DNA from: Phycisphaerales bacterium
GTDB taxonomy: Bacteria > Planctomycetota > Phycisphaerae > Phycisphaerales > UBA1924
NCBI GenBank assembly: GCA_965227775.1
Contig: OZ245777.1
Coordinates: 1,888,001-1,952,000, forward strand
Direction: 5' to 3'
Length of the DNA: 64,000 bases
Shown here in pieces: positions 9,847 to 19,603 of this stretch; the first letter of the stretch is position 1; each line of letters begins with the position of its first letter. The position numbers and the translations under genes are program-made. The notes under the pieces are model-generated. The model had not been told where the DNA came from, ran no database searches, and saw nothing but the letters and a program-made list of their open reading frames with translations.

Positions 9847-10608
9847 CTACGCCAGCCAGCGGCCGCCGTCGAGGCGGATCACCTCGCCATTGACGTAGGT
9901 GTGATCCAGAGCCAGCGCGGCAACGAGCTTGGCCGCATCTTCCGGCGTGCCGGCACGCTGGAGGGGAACGCGATCGAGGTACGCTTGCTGCGAGTCTGTG
10001 TCGCTCTCGTAGCCAGACTCGGGCCACGCCACCACGCCAGGGGCCACCGCGTTGGCCCGCGCTTCTGGAGCGAGCGCGCGCGCGAGGGTGTGCACGAGAT
10101 CGGTCAGCGCGGCCTTGGACATGCTGTATGCGGCGAAGTCCTTCCGGGGCCGACCCATGGCGTGGATGTCGGCCATCGCGACGACGGCCCCGCCGCCGGG
10201 CAGGGGGGAGGCGCGCAGGCGATCGGCAAGCGCGGCTGTGATGAGGAGCGGGCTCGCAGCGTTGATGGCGTAGAGGTCTCTTGCTGTCGCCCAATTCAAA
10301 GCGCTGCCGAGCGGCGTCGGAAAGTAGGACGATGCGTTATGAATTAATACATCGAGTCGGCCGGCTTCCATCGCTGCGGCACTGCAGGCGGTCGCGGTGG
10401 CGTCGGGGTTCGTGAGGTCGCACGCGATTGCTGTCGCGCGTACTTGGTGCTCGTTCTGTAGTGTTCCGGCCAGATCACGTGCTTTGTTTGCGCTTGTGTT
10501 GTACGTGATGATGAGATCGAGCCCGCGCTCGGCAAGTTCGGTCGCGATGGCGGCGCCAACACGCTTCGCGCCGCCGGTGATGAGGGCGACGGGGCGCTCA
10601 CCGCCCAT
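9847..10608 (-). CDS. SDR oxidoreductase, pteridine reductase (FolM/PTR1)-like
   Basis: TGGAKRVG, HNAS, catalytic YSMSK, NAVAPG and G.VIRLDGGR. Confidence 0.85.
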   Translation of the reverse strand: MGGERPVALITGGAKRVGAAIATELAERGLDLIITYNTSANKARDLAGTLQNEHQVRATAIACDLTNPDATATACSAAAMEAGRLDVLIHNASSYFPTPLGSALNWATARDLYAINAASPLLITAALADRLRASPLPGGGAVVAMADIHAMGRPRKDFAAYSMSKAALTDLVHTLARALAPEARANAVAPGVVAWPESGYESDTDSQQAYLDRVPLQRAGTPEDAAKLVAALALDHTYVNGEVIRLDGGRWLA

Positions 10609-10864
10609 GATCGTCTTCGCCTAGCAAGTCGCGTGCGCTCGGATCGGGCACGGCACGCTTGCCCGACTCAGCCCAAGCGTCGACGTACTGCGTCTTGGTT
10701 GGCGACTTGCCCCGGCGCGTCCGACGCAGGCTTGCGAGCACAAGCAGGCCGACGACGAGCACGATGGACGCGAGCGCCAGGCCCAGCAGCATGAACCAGC
10801 CACGCGACATCGGGCTTGCCGGCTGGCCGGCCTGGGCGAGAAGGTGTGCGAGTGCGTCGATCAC
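10598..10864 (-). CDS. small single-TM hypothetical protein
   Basis: One TM helix followed by RRTRR and DAWAESGKR; overlaps both neighbours. Confidence 0.65.
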   Translation of the reverse strand: MIDALAHLLAQAGQPASPMSRGWFMLLGLALASIVLVVGLLVLASLRRTRRGKSPTKTQYVDAWAESGKRAVPDPSARDLLGEDDHGR

Positions 10865-11412
10865 ATGGGACGGTATGGCACGAGCATGGCGAGGGTTGCA
10901 CGGCCCTCGGTGGGCTGGGCACCGCTGGGGCCCAGATCGGGCTCGGGCTGCTTGTGGTACACCAGCGTGGCCCGACCGCCGACCTTGATCAAGCCGGCGG
11001 GTGTACCGGCTTCTTGCAGCAGGGCGAGCGCCTGCTGGTCGGTCAGGCGGTCGGCCATGTCCACGGGCTTCGTCTGCACGCGTGCGATCGCTGTGCTCGA
11101 TGTCGCCACGCGTCGCACCGAGCTCGCCTCGGGTGCTGCCAGGGATGCCGCGAGCCCCTCGGACGTGGAAACGTACGCGATCATTGGTCGTGGCGCGGGT
11201 GGAGCGACTCCCTCGACGCGTGTTGTCTCCTCGCCGATGCGCATCGGGACCATCGCATACGCCAGCACAGTCGCACTGGCCGTCAATAGCACCATGGCAA
11301 CCGCGTGCCGTCGGGTGCGGCGCCGCTCGCCGCGCCGGGCAACGGCATGCTGCCCAAGGCGCAAGATCTCGGCCTTGCGGTCCGTCACGCTTGGCATGGG
11401 TTGATCACTCAT
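10861..11412 (-). CDS. single-TM protein, putative anti-sigma factor
   Basis: Directly downstream of and overlapping the ECF sigma gene. Short basic cytoplasmic N-terminus and one TM helix. Confidence 0.55.
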   Translation of the reverse strand: MSDQPMPSVTDRKAEILRLGQHAVARRGERRRTRRHAVAMVLLTASATVLAYAMVPMRIGEETTRVEGVAPPAPRPMIAYVSTSEGLAASLAAPEASSVRRVATSSTAIARVQTKPVDMADRLTDQQALALLQEAGTPAGLIKVGGRATLVYHKQPEPDLGPSGAQPTEGRATLAMLVPYRPM

Positions 11413-11980
11413 CGATGTCTCCCTTCGCGCTGGCGGTCAGCGTCGCGAGCCCGCGGCGGACCAGGCCGTGCACGGCGTGTCGGCTGAGGTCCATGGCCCG
11501 ACCGACGGCCGAGAGCGACATGCCGTGCCCGACATGCAGGCGGACTGCTTGCCATTGGCGGTCGTCGAGCTGGGTCTCCAGGCGGGCGAGCAGCGAGTCG
11601 ATCTGGTCGTCTCGCTCTGGCTGCACCGAGCGTTCTCGGGGCTGGGCTTCCCGGCGTGCGCGTGCGGATTCCGAACGGATTCGGTCGATGGCGCTGCTGG
11701 CGATCGCGGTCCTGAGCCACGCCCGGCATGCAGGCCAGGAGTCCATTGCCGGCAGCCTCTTGGCGGCTCGCACGTACGCGTCCTGCACCGCGTCGAGGCA
11801 GAACGACTCGTCCCGGCCCGTTAGCCGCCGCGCGTCGGCGAGCGCGTCGTCGAATGTGGCTTCATAGAACACGGCGAATGCGTCCTGATCTCCCCGTGCG
11901 AAGCGCACGGTGATGGCCCGGGCATCGGGGAGTGGAGCGCCCGGGCCACCGGATTGGTCTGTACGGGCGATCTTGGGCAC
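11405..11980 (-). CDS. ECF-type RNA polymerase sigma factor
   Basis: GDQDAFAVFY; region 2 D.VQDAYVRA..AWL..AIDRIR; region 4 L..RQWQAVRL...GMSLSAVG..M.LS...V.GLVRRGLATL. Confidence 0.88.
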   Translation of the reverse strand: MPKIARTDQSGGPGAPLPDARAITVRFARGDQDAFAVFYEATFDDALADARRLTGRDESFCLDAVQDAYVRAAKRLPAMDSWPACRAWLRTAIASSAIDRIRSESARARREAQPRERSVQPERDDQIDSLLARLETQLDDRQWQAVRLHVGHGMSLSAVGRAMDLSRHAVHGLVRRGLATLTASAKGDIDE

Positions 11981-12001
11981 GGGCCCCTTACTTGTTCGGC
12001 A

Positions 12002-13045
12002 CTACTGGCGTCGCTCCAGCTGCGCTCGCAGTGCTTCGATCTCGTTGCGCAGATCTTGCCGCTCGGCTTCGAGGCGTTGGTTCTGCCGCTCGAGCTCCTC
12101 GGCGATGGTGCGAGCCTCCCGCAACTGCGTGTGCATCAAAGCGAGTTCCTGCTCCATCTGGACCAACCGTCGCTTGGAGGCGTCGAATTCGGCCCGCACG
12201 CTACGTTCCATGTCTGAGACTTCCCGACGCATACGTTCTGCTGACTCTACGGCTTCCCGCCCTTGTTGGATCGAAATCAGAGCTGCATCCGTTGACTCGA
12301 AACCCAGGCGCTTCAAGAACCGCTCGAGCTCGCTCTGAGCGTTCGCTCGACGAAAGTCTGATGCCGACTCCATCAACCTACCGACGGTTTGCTCCATCGC
12401 GTGGTGCTGGTCCTCGGTGACACGGGCAAAGAGCAAGCCCGTGTCCTCGTGGAATCGCAGATCGGTATCGCCCTGATCGACCATCTCGAGCGCGATCTCG
12501 ATGCTCGAGAGAACCGCATCGGCACCAAGCGCGTGTTCCCCGGCAATGAGGCCCGCGAGCGAATGGACCATGGTAAATCGCTCGTAATACTCCTCATGCT
12601 CATGTTCATCGTGTTCCTCGTCCAGTTCTTCGGCGTACACCGAGATGAGGAAGACCGGAGCGCCGCGACCCCCACCGACGGGTGAGACTTCCCACCATGC
12701 CTCGCGGCCGTCGGGCATTCGAAGCGTTCGAGACGCGCTCAGGCCTGCGGCAACCCGGAGCGCCGTGGAGACCTCAACCTGTTCGAACGTCATCGCGGGG
12801 AGTTGCAAGTCGCTGAACTCGGGTGGGTACAGGATGTTGACCGGGCTCTCGCCGGCCGATTTGCGAATCTGGCGGACGAAAGCGTCGAGTGGACCGCCGG
12901 CGAACTCCAGCGTGATGAACCGTCGGTCTTCGCTCAGGCCGCTGCTGGCGCCGCCGCTGGCACCTCCCTGGGCCATGGCTGGCGGCGAGACAACGGACAT
13001 CGTGGTTGCGGTCATGAGTGCTGCTGCGAGCGTTCGAATGCGCAT
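12002..13045 (-). CDS. secreted protein with secretin-N (STN/NolW)-like domains and C-terminal coiled coil
   Basis: Signal peptide (AMA). ITLEF.GGPL..FV..I...VNILY...LP.MTFEQVEVSTAL resembles STN/N0, and LRFHEDTGLLFAR.TEDQH..MEQ.V..L resembles NolW. Heptad-rich tail. Confidence 0.55.
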   Translation of the reverse strand: MRIRTLAAALMTATTMSVVSPPAMAQGGASGGASSGLSEDRRFITLEFAGGPLDAFVRQIRKSAGESPVNILYPPEFSDLQLPAMTFEQVEVSTALRVAAGLSASRTLRMPDGREAWWEVSPVGGGRGAPVFLISVYAEELDEEHDEHEHEEYYERFTMVHSLAGLIAGEHALGADAVLSSIEIALEMVDQGDTDLRFHEDTGLLFARVTEDQHHAMEQTVGRLMESASDFRRANAQSELERFLKRLGFESTDAALISIQQGREAVESAERMRREVSDMERSVRAEFDASKRRLVQMEQELALMHTQLREARTIAEELERQNQRLEAERQDLRNEIEALRAQLERRQ

Positions 13046-13216
13046 GGGAGCCTCCTGCGGTTGGCTGCGGTGGGCGTCGTGGATTGGGCCTCAGGGCCCA
13101 CACGAATAGAACGGAGCCGGCGGGGCAGCGCGGCGCGGCTGCTCAGTTTCTTTTCCCAGACCCGCTACCATCCCTCTCGCGAGTTCGATCCCAGATTATC
13201 CCAGGACCCACCTTCC

Positions 13217-14321
13217 ATGCACTTTGACGCCCACCAGCCGGTCATTGATGACCTTGAGGCGCGGATCTTGACAATCCGCGACTCTCTTTAACTACGACGG
13301 CAAGCACGAGAAGCTCTCCGAGCTCGAAACCAGGATGGGCGAGGCGACGTTCTGGGATGATCCAGACGCCGCCCAGAAGACCGTTGGCGAGTTGAAGGTC
13401 ATTAAGGCCCAGCTCGGCCCGCTCGACAAGGTCGTCGAGGCGTTCGAAGAGGCCCAGGTGGCCTACGAGATGGCCAAGGAGGGCGACGACAAGGACTTGC
13501 TGGCCGAGGCCGACGAGGCGCTGTACCAGTTGCAGGAGTCGATGGACAAGGTCGAGATGCAGAGCCTGTTGAGCGGCAAGCACGACCACCGCAACTGCTA
13601 CTTCACCATCCACGCGGGCGATGGCGGCACCGAGGCCAACGACTGGGCCGAGATGCTGTTCCGCATGTATCTCTACTACCTTGAGAACATGGGCTTCAAG
13701 GTCGAGGAAGTCTCCAAGGGCCACGGCGTGGAGACTGGCATCGACCACATTACCCTGCACGTCAAGGGGCCGTTCGCCTTCGGCTACCTCAACTGCGAGC
13801 GTGGCACGCACCGGCTCGCACGGGTGAGCCCCTTCAACGCCCAGGGCAAGCGGCAAACCAGCTTTGCAACGGTCGACGTCACGCCCGAGTTTGAAGACAT
13901 GGACGTCCAGATCCCCGAGAAGGATCTGGAGATCACGTTCTTTGCGCGCTCGAGCGGCCCGGGTGGCCAGAATGTCAACAAGGTCGCCAGCGCGTGCCGG
14001 GTGGTGCACAAGCCGACGGGCCTGATGTTCGTCGCGAGCACGCACCGCGATCAGCCGCAGAACAAGGCCCAGGCGCTCACCCTCCTTCAGGCCAAGCTCG
14101 AGCAAATCGAGGAAGAAAGGCGCAGCGCCGAGATCAAGGAAGCGGCCGGCGGCGACCTGAGCCGCGGTTGGGGAACGCAGATCCGAAGCTATGTGCTCTA
14201 CGACAACCGGGTGAAGGACCACCGCACCAACGTCGAAGGCAACCCCACCGACGTGCTGAACGGGAAGATCGACAAGTTCATTGATGCCGAACTCAAGCGG
14301 CGGCGTTCGGAGAAGGGCTGA
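13217..14321 (+). CDS. prfB: peptide chain release factor 2, translated via a programmed +1 frameshift at 13286-13292
   Basis: Frame 1 MHFDAH...IRDSL* (13217-13291) joins the +1 frame at CTT TAA C. The main ORF has the RF2-specific SPF tripeptide (RVSPF), the GGQ motif and WGTQIRSYV. Confidence 0.95.
13286..13292 (+). other. RF2 programmed ribosomal frameshift site CTT-TAA-C
   Basis: Slippery CTTT followed by an in-frame stop. The +1 frame is open from 13290 (AAC TAC GAC GGC...) to 14321. Confidence 0.9.
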
Positions 14322-14338
14322 GTTTCAGGAACTGGGCC

Positions 14339-15397
14339 CTAGCTGCTGGCGGCGCCGTACATCTTCTCGTAGTAGTCGCGGTACGCCCCGCTGCGCACGT
14401 GCTGCCACCACTCGGTGTTGTCCTGGTACCAGCGGATGGTGTCCTCGAGGCCAGTGGGCCAGGCGCTTCGAGTGGGCTGCCAGCCAAGTTCGGACTTCAT
14501 CTTGCTCGCGTCGATCGCGTAGCGGCGATCGTGCCCCAGACGGTCGGCTACGGGGCGGATCATGTCCTCGCCCTTGCCCATGATGTCGAGGATCGCGTGG
14601 GTCAGCTCGAGGTTGCTGCGCTCGTTGTTCCCGCCGATGTTGTATACCTCGCCCGCGCGTCCGCCTTCAAGCACCGCGAGGATTGCCTCGCAATGGTCGA
14701 CCACGTGCAGCCAGTCGCGCACGTTCTTGCCGTCGCCGTAGAGCGGCACCTGCTCGTCCTGCATCAGGTTGGTCACGAACAGCGGGATGACCTTCTCGGG
14801 GAACTGGTAGGGCCCGTAGTTGTTGCTGCACCGCGTGACGAGCACGTCCATGCCGAAGGTGCGTTGGAACGCCATCGCGAGCATGTCTGCGGCGGCCTTG
14901 CTGGCGCTATACGGGCTCGAAGGGTCGAGCGGTGTTGACTCGGTGAAGAGCAGGTCGGGTTCATCAATCGGTAGCGAGCCGTACACCTCGTCGGTGCCGA
15001 CCTGAAGGAATCGGCCGGCCTTGCCGTCGTCGCCCCATGTGTTGCGGCAGACCTGCAGCAGCACCTGCGTACCCAGCACATTGCTCGTGATAAAGGGTGA
15101 GGCGTCCTGGATCGACCGATCGACGTGGCTCTCGGCGGCGAAGTTCACGACGGCGTCGCACTCGGCCAGAAGCGACTGCACGAGCGGGCCATCGGTGATG
15201 TCACCCTTCACAAAGGTGTACCGCTCGTGCCCTTCGATCCCCGAAAGGTTCTCGAGATTGCCCGAGTAGGTCAGCGCATCGAGGTTCGTGATGCGCACGT
15301 TCGGCCGCCATTCGAGTACCGAGCGCACGAAATTCGAACCGATGAAGCCGCAGCCGCCCGTGACCAGCAGATGCTTGAATTCTCGCGTCTCAGGCAT
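14339..15397 (-). CDS. rfbB: dTDP-glucose 4,6-dehydratase
   Basis: TGGCGFIGSNF, FAAESHVDRSI, TDEVYG, YSASK, RCSNNYGPYQFPEK and DRLGHDRRYAID. Confidence 0.97.
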   Translation of the reverse strand: MPETREFKHLLVTGGCGFIGSNFVRSVLEWRPNVRITNLDALTYSGNLENLSGIEGHERYTFVKGDITDGPLVQSLLAECDAVVNFAAESHVDRSIQDASPFITSNVLGTQVLLQVCRNTWGDDGKAGRFLQVGTDEVYGSLPIDEPDLLFTESTPLDPSSPYSASKAAADMLAMAFQRTFGMDVLVTRCSNNYGPYQFPEKVIPLFVTNLMQDEQVPLYGDGKNVRDWLHVVDHCEAILAVLEGGRAGEVYNIGGNNERSNLELTHAILDIMGKGEDMIRPVADRLGHDRRYAIDASKMKSELGWQPTRSAWPTGLEDTIRWYQDNTEWWQHVRSGAYRDYYEKMYGAASS

Positions 15398-16241
15398 TCG
15401 TGACTCCTTCTGGCACCCGACGCAGCACGTCGGCCAGGTTGTCTTTCCAGTGGGTCATCGGGCCGAGCTCGGCCTCGGTCCTGCTGATGTCCAGCACGCT
15501 GTAGGCCGGGCGCTTGGCCGGGCGAGGGAACTGGTCGCTCGTGCACGGCTCAATTTTGGCGGGCGCGCCGATCAATCGCTTGATTTCGTTTGCGAACTCG
15601 TACCACGTGCACTCGCCTCCGTCGGTTATGTGCCACGGGCCGCACATACCGCGACTCCAGAGCTCAACCGTGCTGCGCGCGAGATGCTCAACCGATGTCG
15701 GGCGGCCGCGCTGGTCGTGTACCACTTTGAGGTGATCCCGCTCCATCATGAGCTTGCGCATCGTCAGCACAAAGTTGTTGCCCCACGGCGCATAGAGCCA
15801 GCTCGTTCGAACATTGAGCCATGCCGCGTGGCGCAGGTCGAGTAGCTCTTCCCCTGCGGCCTTCGATCGGCCATAGGCATTGATCGGATCGCGATCGTGA
15901 TACGGGTCGTACGGCGACTGGCCACGACCATTGAAGACGTAATCGGTTCCGAACGTGACGAAGCCACCACCGTCACACTTCGACGCGAGTCGGGAGACCG
16001 ATTCGCCGTTGATCACCGTCGCTTCATCTTCGTGCGTTTCGGCACCATCGACATCGGTCCACGCGGCACAGTTGAACAGTGCCTCACACATCGGTAGGGC
16101 GTTGATCGATTCGGGCCGGGCGAGATCGACTTCGGCGCGGGTAGGTGTGAGCGGTTCGATGCCACGGCTGCGCAGTTCCGCCACGACGGCACGCCCCAGC
16201 ATGCCCGTCGCGCCGATCACCACGTGCGGCTGATCGCTCAT
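15390..16241 (-). CDS. rfbD: dTDP-4-dehydrorhamnose reductase
   Basis: IGATGMLG, NCAAWTDVDGAE, TDYVFNG, YGRSKAAGE, DQRGRPT and AKRPAYSVLD. ATG 16241 overlaps the rfbC stop. Confidence 0.95.
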   Translation of the reverse strand: MSDQPHVVIGATGMLGRAVVAELRSRGIEPLTPTRAEVDLARPESINALPMCEALFNCAAWTDVDGAETHEDEATVINGESVSRLASKCDGGGFVTFGTDYVFNGRGQSPYDPYHDRDPINAYGRSKAAGEELLDLRHAAWLNVRTSWLYAPWGNNFVLTMRKLMMERDHLKVVHDQRGRPTSVEHLARSTVELWSRGMCGPWHITDGGECTWYEFANEIKRLIGAPAKIEPCTSDQFPRPAKRPAYSVLDISRTEAELGPMTHWKDNLADVLRRVPEGVTNA

Positions 16242-16774
16242 CCGTGCTGCACGCCCCATGGGAAGGCTTCGACCGTGTCGTGCGCCATGCGGAACTCGTC
16301 GGGCGTGCTCGGGTCGTACTGGTGCGTGACGTAGTAGAGCAGGCCCGCTGGCTCGTGGCCAACGGTCGCACAGCCGTGCCAGAGCGGTGGGGGGATGATC
16401 ACCACGCCCGGGCGACGCTCGCCGACGACGGCCATCCAGCGGCGGCCGTCGCTCTCGCGGAAGACGCCGGTCTTGACATGGCCGTTGATGCAAAGCCAGA
16501 AGTCGGTCTGCTTCGTGTGGCGGTGCCAGGCCTTGATGACGCTGGGGTACATCACCGAGTAGTTGATCTGCCCGGCCGGCCCGAGCACGCCCTGCATCAG
16601 GTTCATGACCGACCAGCCGCGATCGTCGGCGAAGATCGATGCCGGTATCAGCAGCGGCTCGAGCTCTTCCTTGGCCATATCGAACGCCTCGGCGGGTGAG
16701 AGCTTCACGCTGCGGATGGGCTCGGGCTTGCGCGCTTCGGCGGCGGTGGGCATGTCCGTTGTGGCAGTGCTCAT
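16238..16774 (-). CDS. rfbC: dTDP-4-dehydrorhamnose 3,5-epimerase family cupin
   Basis: FADDRG, QINYS.MYPSVIKAWHRH..QTD and IPPPLWHG; lies inside the rfb operon. Confidence 0.88.
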   Translation of the reverse strand: MSTATTDMPTAAEARKPEPIRSVKLSPAEAFDMAKEELEPLLIPASIFADDRGWSVMNLMQGVLGPAGQINYSVMYPSVIKAWHRHTKQTDFWLCINGHVKTGVFRESDGRRWMAVVGERRPGVVIIPPPLWHGCATVGHEPAGLLYYVTHQYDPSTPDEFRMAHDTVEAFPWGVQHG

Positions 16775-17535
16775 GCGCTTGCTCCCGCGGGAAGTCGCAC
16801 GTGGTTGGCTCCACCCTCGCGAACCATGGTTGCCGCACGATGTAGGCTCTCGAACGTGCCGGCATCCGTCCACCAGCCATCGAGCGTCTCGTAGGTCAGA
16901 TCGCCGCGCTTCAGGTAGAAGTTGTTGACGTCGGTAATCTCGAGCTCGCCGCGGGCGCTGGGCTCTAGGCCGTCGCACATCTCGAACACGTCGGCGTCGT
17001 AGAAGTAGATGCCCGTAACGGCGCTGTTGCTGGGCGGGTCGCTTGGCTTCTCGATGATCTCGGCAACCTTCTGGTCGTCGCCCGCGCCCTCGAACCGGAC
17101 GACGCCGAAGCGCTCGGGGTCCTCCACGGTCTTGAGAAGCAACTTGGCGCCGCTCTGCTGGGTGAAGAAGTCGCCGGCCGCCTTCTTGATGTTGCCCTCG
17201 ATGATGTTGTCGCCCAGCACCACACAGATCTTTTCACCGTCTGCGAAGTCCTTGGCCAATCGCAATGCGTCGGCGATTCCGCCCTCGCCTTCCTGGTAGG
17301 CGTATGCGAGGCGCTTCACGCCTAGGTCGTGGCCGTTCTTCAGCAGCTTCAGAAAGTCGCCCGCGTGCTCGCCGCCGGTGACGATGAGGATCTCGGTGAT
17401 TCCGGCGTTGAGCAGGCACTGGATGGGGTAGTAGATCATCGGCCGGTCGAAGACCGGCAGCAGGTGCTTGTTCGTCACCAGCGTCAGCGGCCGGAGCCTC
17501 GTGCCGAGCCCACCCGCCAAGATCACACCCTTCAC
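16771..17535 (-). CDS. rfbA: glucose-1-phosphate thymidylyltransferase
   Basis: GTG start at 17535 behind GGGAGG. KGVILAGGLGTRLRPLT..TNKHLLPV, LGDN, EKP, SARGELEITD and WTDAGTFESL. Confidence 0.95.
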   Translation of the reverse strand: MKGVILAGGLGTRLRPLTLVTNKHLLPVFDRPMIYYPIQCLLNAGITEILIVTGGEHAGDFLKLLKNGHDLGVKRLAYAYQEGEGGIADALRLAKDFADGEKICVVLGDNIIEGNIKKAAGDFFTQQSGAKLLLKTVEDPERFGVVRFEGAGDDQKVAEIIEKPSDPPSNSAVTGIYFYDADVFEMCDGLEPSARGELEITDVNNFYLKRGDLTYETLDGWWTDAGTFESLHRAATMVREGGANHVRLPAGASA

Positions 17536-17785
17536 TGCCCACCTCCCGTGGCTGTTCCCGATGGCGTTATCGACCGTTGCTCGGCACGACTCTCGTTGGC
17601 CTCGATCGGGACATCCCCAGCCAACCCGGCGTTCTCTCGGTGGTATTGTTGCCGAGGCTGGGTCAGAAACCCGTGCTGCAACATGAAGTTGGCGCAGACG
17701 GGCCGGGCCGGTACCCTGCATCCCAAGGAAATGGATCACGCTCGGGTGGGCCGAGATCACTCCTCTGCCGAATTGGAGGCCAGCG

Positions 17786-19570
17786 GTGAGTACAAACAGA
17801 ATCCAAGCATTCCTCGTGTTGCTCGCCCTCGTGGTGGCGACGCCGCTCGCGGTGGCGCAGGACACCATCCTCCGCCTGCCGATGCGGACGGCCGGACCGA
17901 ACACGCTCGACCCCGCACAGGGCTCGACCACCTACGAGAACATGGCCTGCTCGCAGGTCTACGAGACGCTGCTCCAGCCCAAGTACACCAATCCCAACGA
18001 ACTCGAGCCGCTGCTGCTGGCTGAGATGCCCACCAGCTACACCGATGAACAGGGCCGCAAGGTCTGGAAATTCACGCTGCGTGACGACGCCGAGTTCCAC
18101 GACAGCGAGTGCTTCCCCGGTGGTGAGGGTCGGCAAGTTACCACCGACGACGTGTTCTACTCGTGGAAGCGGCTGGCGGACCAGCGCGCCAGCGAGGGCA
18201 AGAACTGGTGGCTGCTCAAGGACACCATCGTCGGTTTCGACGAGTACAAGGCCCGCCAGGACCAGGCCCCCGAGTTCGACTACGACGCGCCCGTCGAGGG
18301 CCTGCGCAAGCTGAGCGATACCGAGTTCGAGGTCGTGCTCCAGCAGCCCGTGTACCGGTTTATATGGGTGTTGCAGATGTTCCAGACCTCCGTCGTGCCG
18401 CGCGAGGCCGTGGAGTACTACAACGCGGAAGGCCGCAACGGCTTTTCTGCGAACCCCGTCGGCACGGGCCCGTTCGTGTTCCGCGAGTGGCGACCCAAGC
18501 AGTCGTTCGTGGTCGTGCGCAACCCTGATTATCGCGAGGCTTTCTACCCCAGCGAGGGTTGGTCTTCCGACGACGTCGAGCGTGGCCTTGCCGACGCTGG
18601 CGGCCAGCGCATCCCGATGGTCGATCGCCTGGAGTTCTCGATGTACGTCGAGGACAACCCGCTGTGGCTCGACTTTGAGAACGAAAAGCTCGGCTACATC
18701 GAGCTGCCGTACGACTTCTTCCAGAACGCGTTCAACCCGCGCACGAAGCGCATGGATCGCGGCTTGCGCCGCAAGGGCGTGACGTACGTGGTCGAGCCGC
18801 AGCTCGACTTCATCTTCCGCTCGTTCAACATGGAAGATGAGCTGGTCGGTGGCTACACGCCCGAGAAGGTCGCCCTCCGACGCGCGATCAGCCTCGCGGT
18901 CGACCTGAACGAGATCAACGAGTCGTTCTATGCCGGCCTGTGCACCGTGTACGACGGTCCCATCCCCCCCGGGCTGGACGGCCACCCCGAGGGCAGCCGT
19001 GTCGAGGGCGCCTACCGCGGACCCAACCTCGAGCTTGCCCGGGAGTATCTCGTGAAGGCCGGCTATCCCAACGGCGAGGGGCTGCCACCCATCCGCTTCG
19101 CCACGAGCCGGAGCGGCACCAACGCCCGGCAGACGGCGATGCTCAAGCGCCAACTCGCGGAGGTTGGCATTCGCATCGAAGAAGTGCTGCTCGACTTCCC
19201 CGACCTGATCTCGCAGGTCAACCGACGCGAAGTGCCCTTCTTCGGCTTCGCGTGGGCCAGCGACTATCCCGATGGCGAGAACAATCTCGCGCTCTTTTAC
19301 TCGCCCAACGCCTCGCCGGGCAGCAACCACTCCAACTACAGCCGACCCGAGTACGACGAGATGTACGAACGTGCCCGGCTCATGGAGCCCGGCCCCGACC
19401 GGACGGCCTTGTACGAAGAGATGCGTGACATGATCCTGAGCGACTCGCCCTTCGTGGGGTCGCTCGCCCGCAACCGCTACTTCCTGGTGAACGACCACGT
19501 GGACAACGCCAAGCCCACGCAGCGCTTCTGGTCGTGGTTCAAGTACCTCGACACCGAGCAGACCCGCTAA
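17786..19570 (+). CDS. peptide/nickel-type ABC transporter substrate-binding protein (family 5)
   Basis: Signal peptide; TLDP, VYETLL, P.LLAEMP, FTLR....FHD, PVGTGPF, RNPDY, LRRAISLAVD and W.SDYPD. Confidence 0.92.
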   Translation: MSTNRIQAFLVLLALVVATPLAVAQDTILRLPMRTAGPNTLDPAQGSTTYENMACSQVYETLLQPKYTNPNELEPLLLAEMPTSYTDEQGRKVWKFTLRDDAEFHDSECFPGGEGRQVTTDDVFYSWKRLADQRASEGKNWWLLKDTIVGFDEYKARQDQAPEFDYDAPVEGLRKLSDTEFEVVLQQPVYRFIWVLQMFQTSVVPREAVEYYNAEGRNGFSANPVGTGPFVFREWRPKQSFVVVRNPDYREAFYPSEGWSSDDVERGLADAGGQRIPMVDRLEFSMYVEDNPLWLDFENEKLGYIELPYDFFQNAFNPRTKRMDRGLRRKGVTYVVEPQLDFIFRSFNMEDELVGGYTPEKVALRRAISLAVDLNEINESFYAGLCTVYDGPIPPGLDGHPEGSRVEGAYRGPNLELAREYLVKAGYPNGEGLPPIRFATSRSGTNARQTAMLKRQLAEVGIRIEEVLLDFPDLISQVNRREVPFFGFAWASDYPDGENNLALFYSPNASPGSNHSNYSRPEYDEMYERARLMEPGPDRTALYEEMRDMILSDSPFVGSLARNRYFLVNDHVDNAKPTQRFWSWFKYLDTEQTR

Positions 19571-19603
19571 GACCGGTCGAGCACGAAAGGCGGCTAAGCC
19601 GGC

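Noticed and set aside
13335..14321. prfB as an N-terminally truncated gene or frameshifted pseudogene
   Set aside because: The break sits exactly at the conserved RF2 programmed frameshift position (CTT-stop after ~24 codons).
14339..17535. rfbACDB operon as a novelty
   Set aside because: Ordinary dTDP-L-rhamnose pathway with intact motifs.
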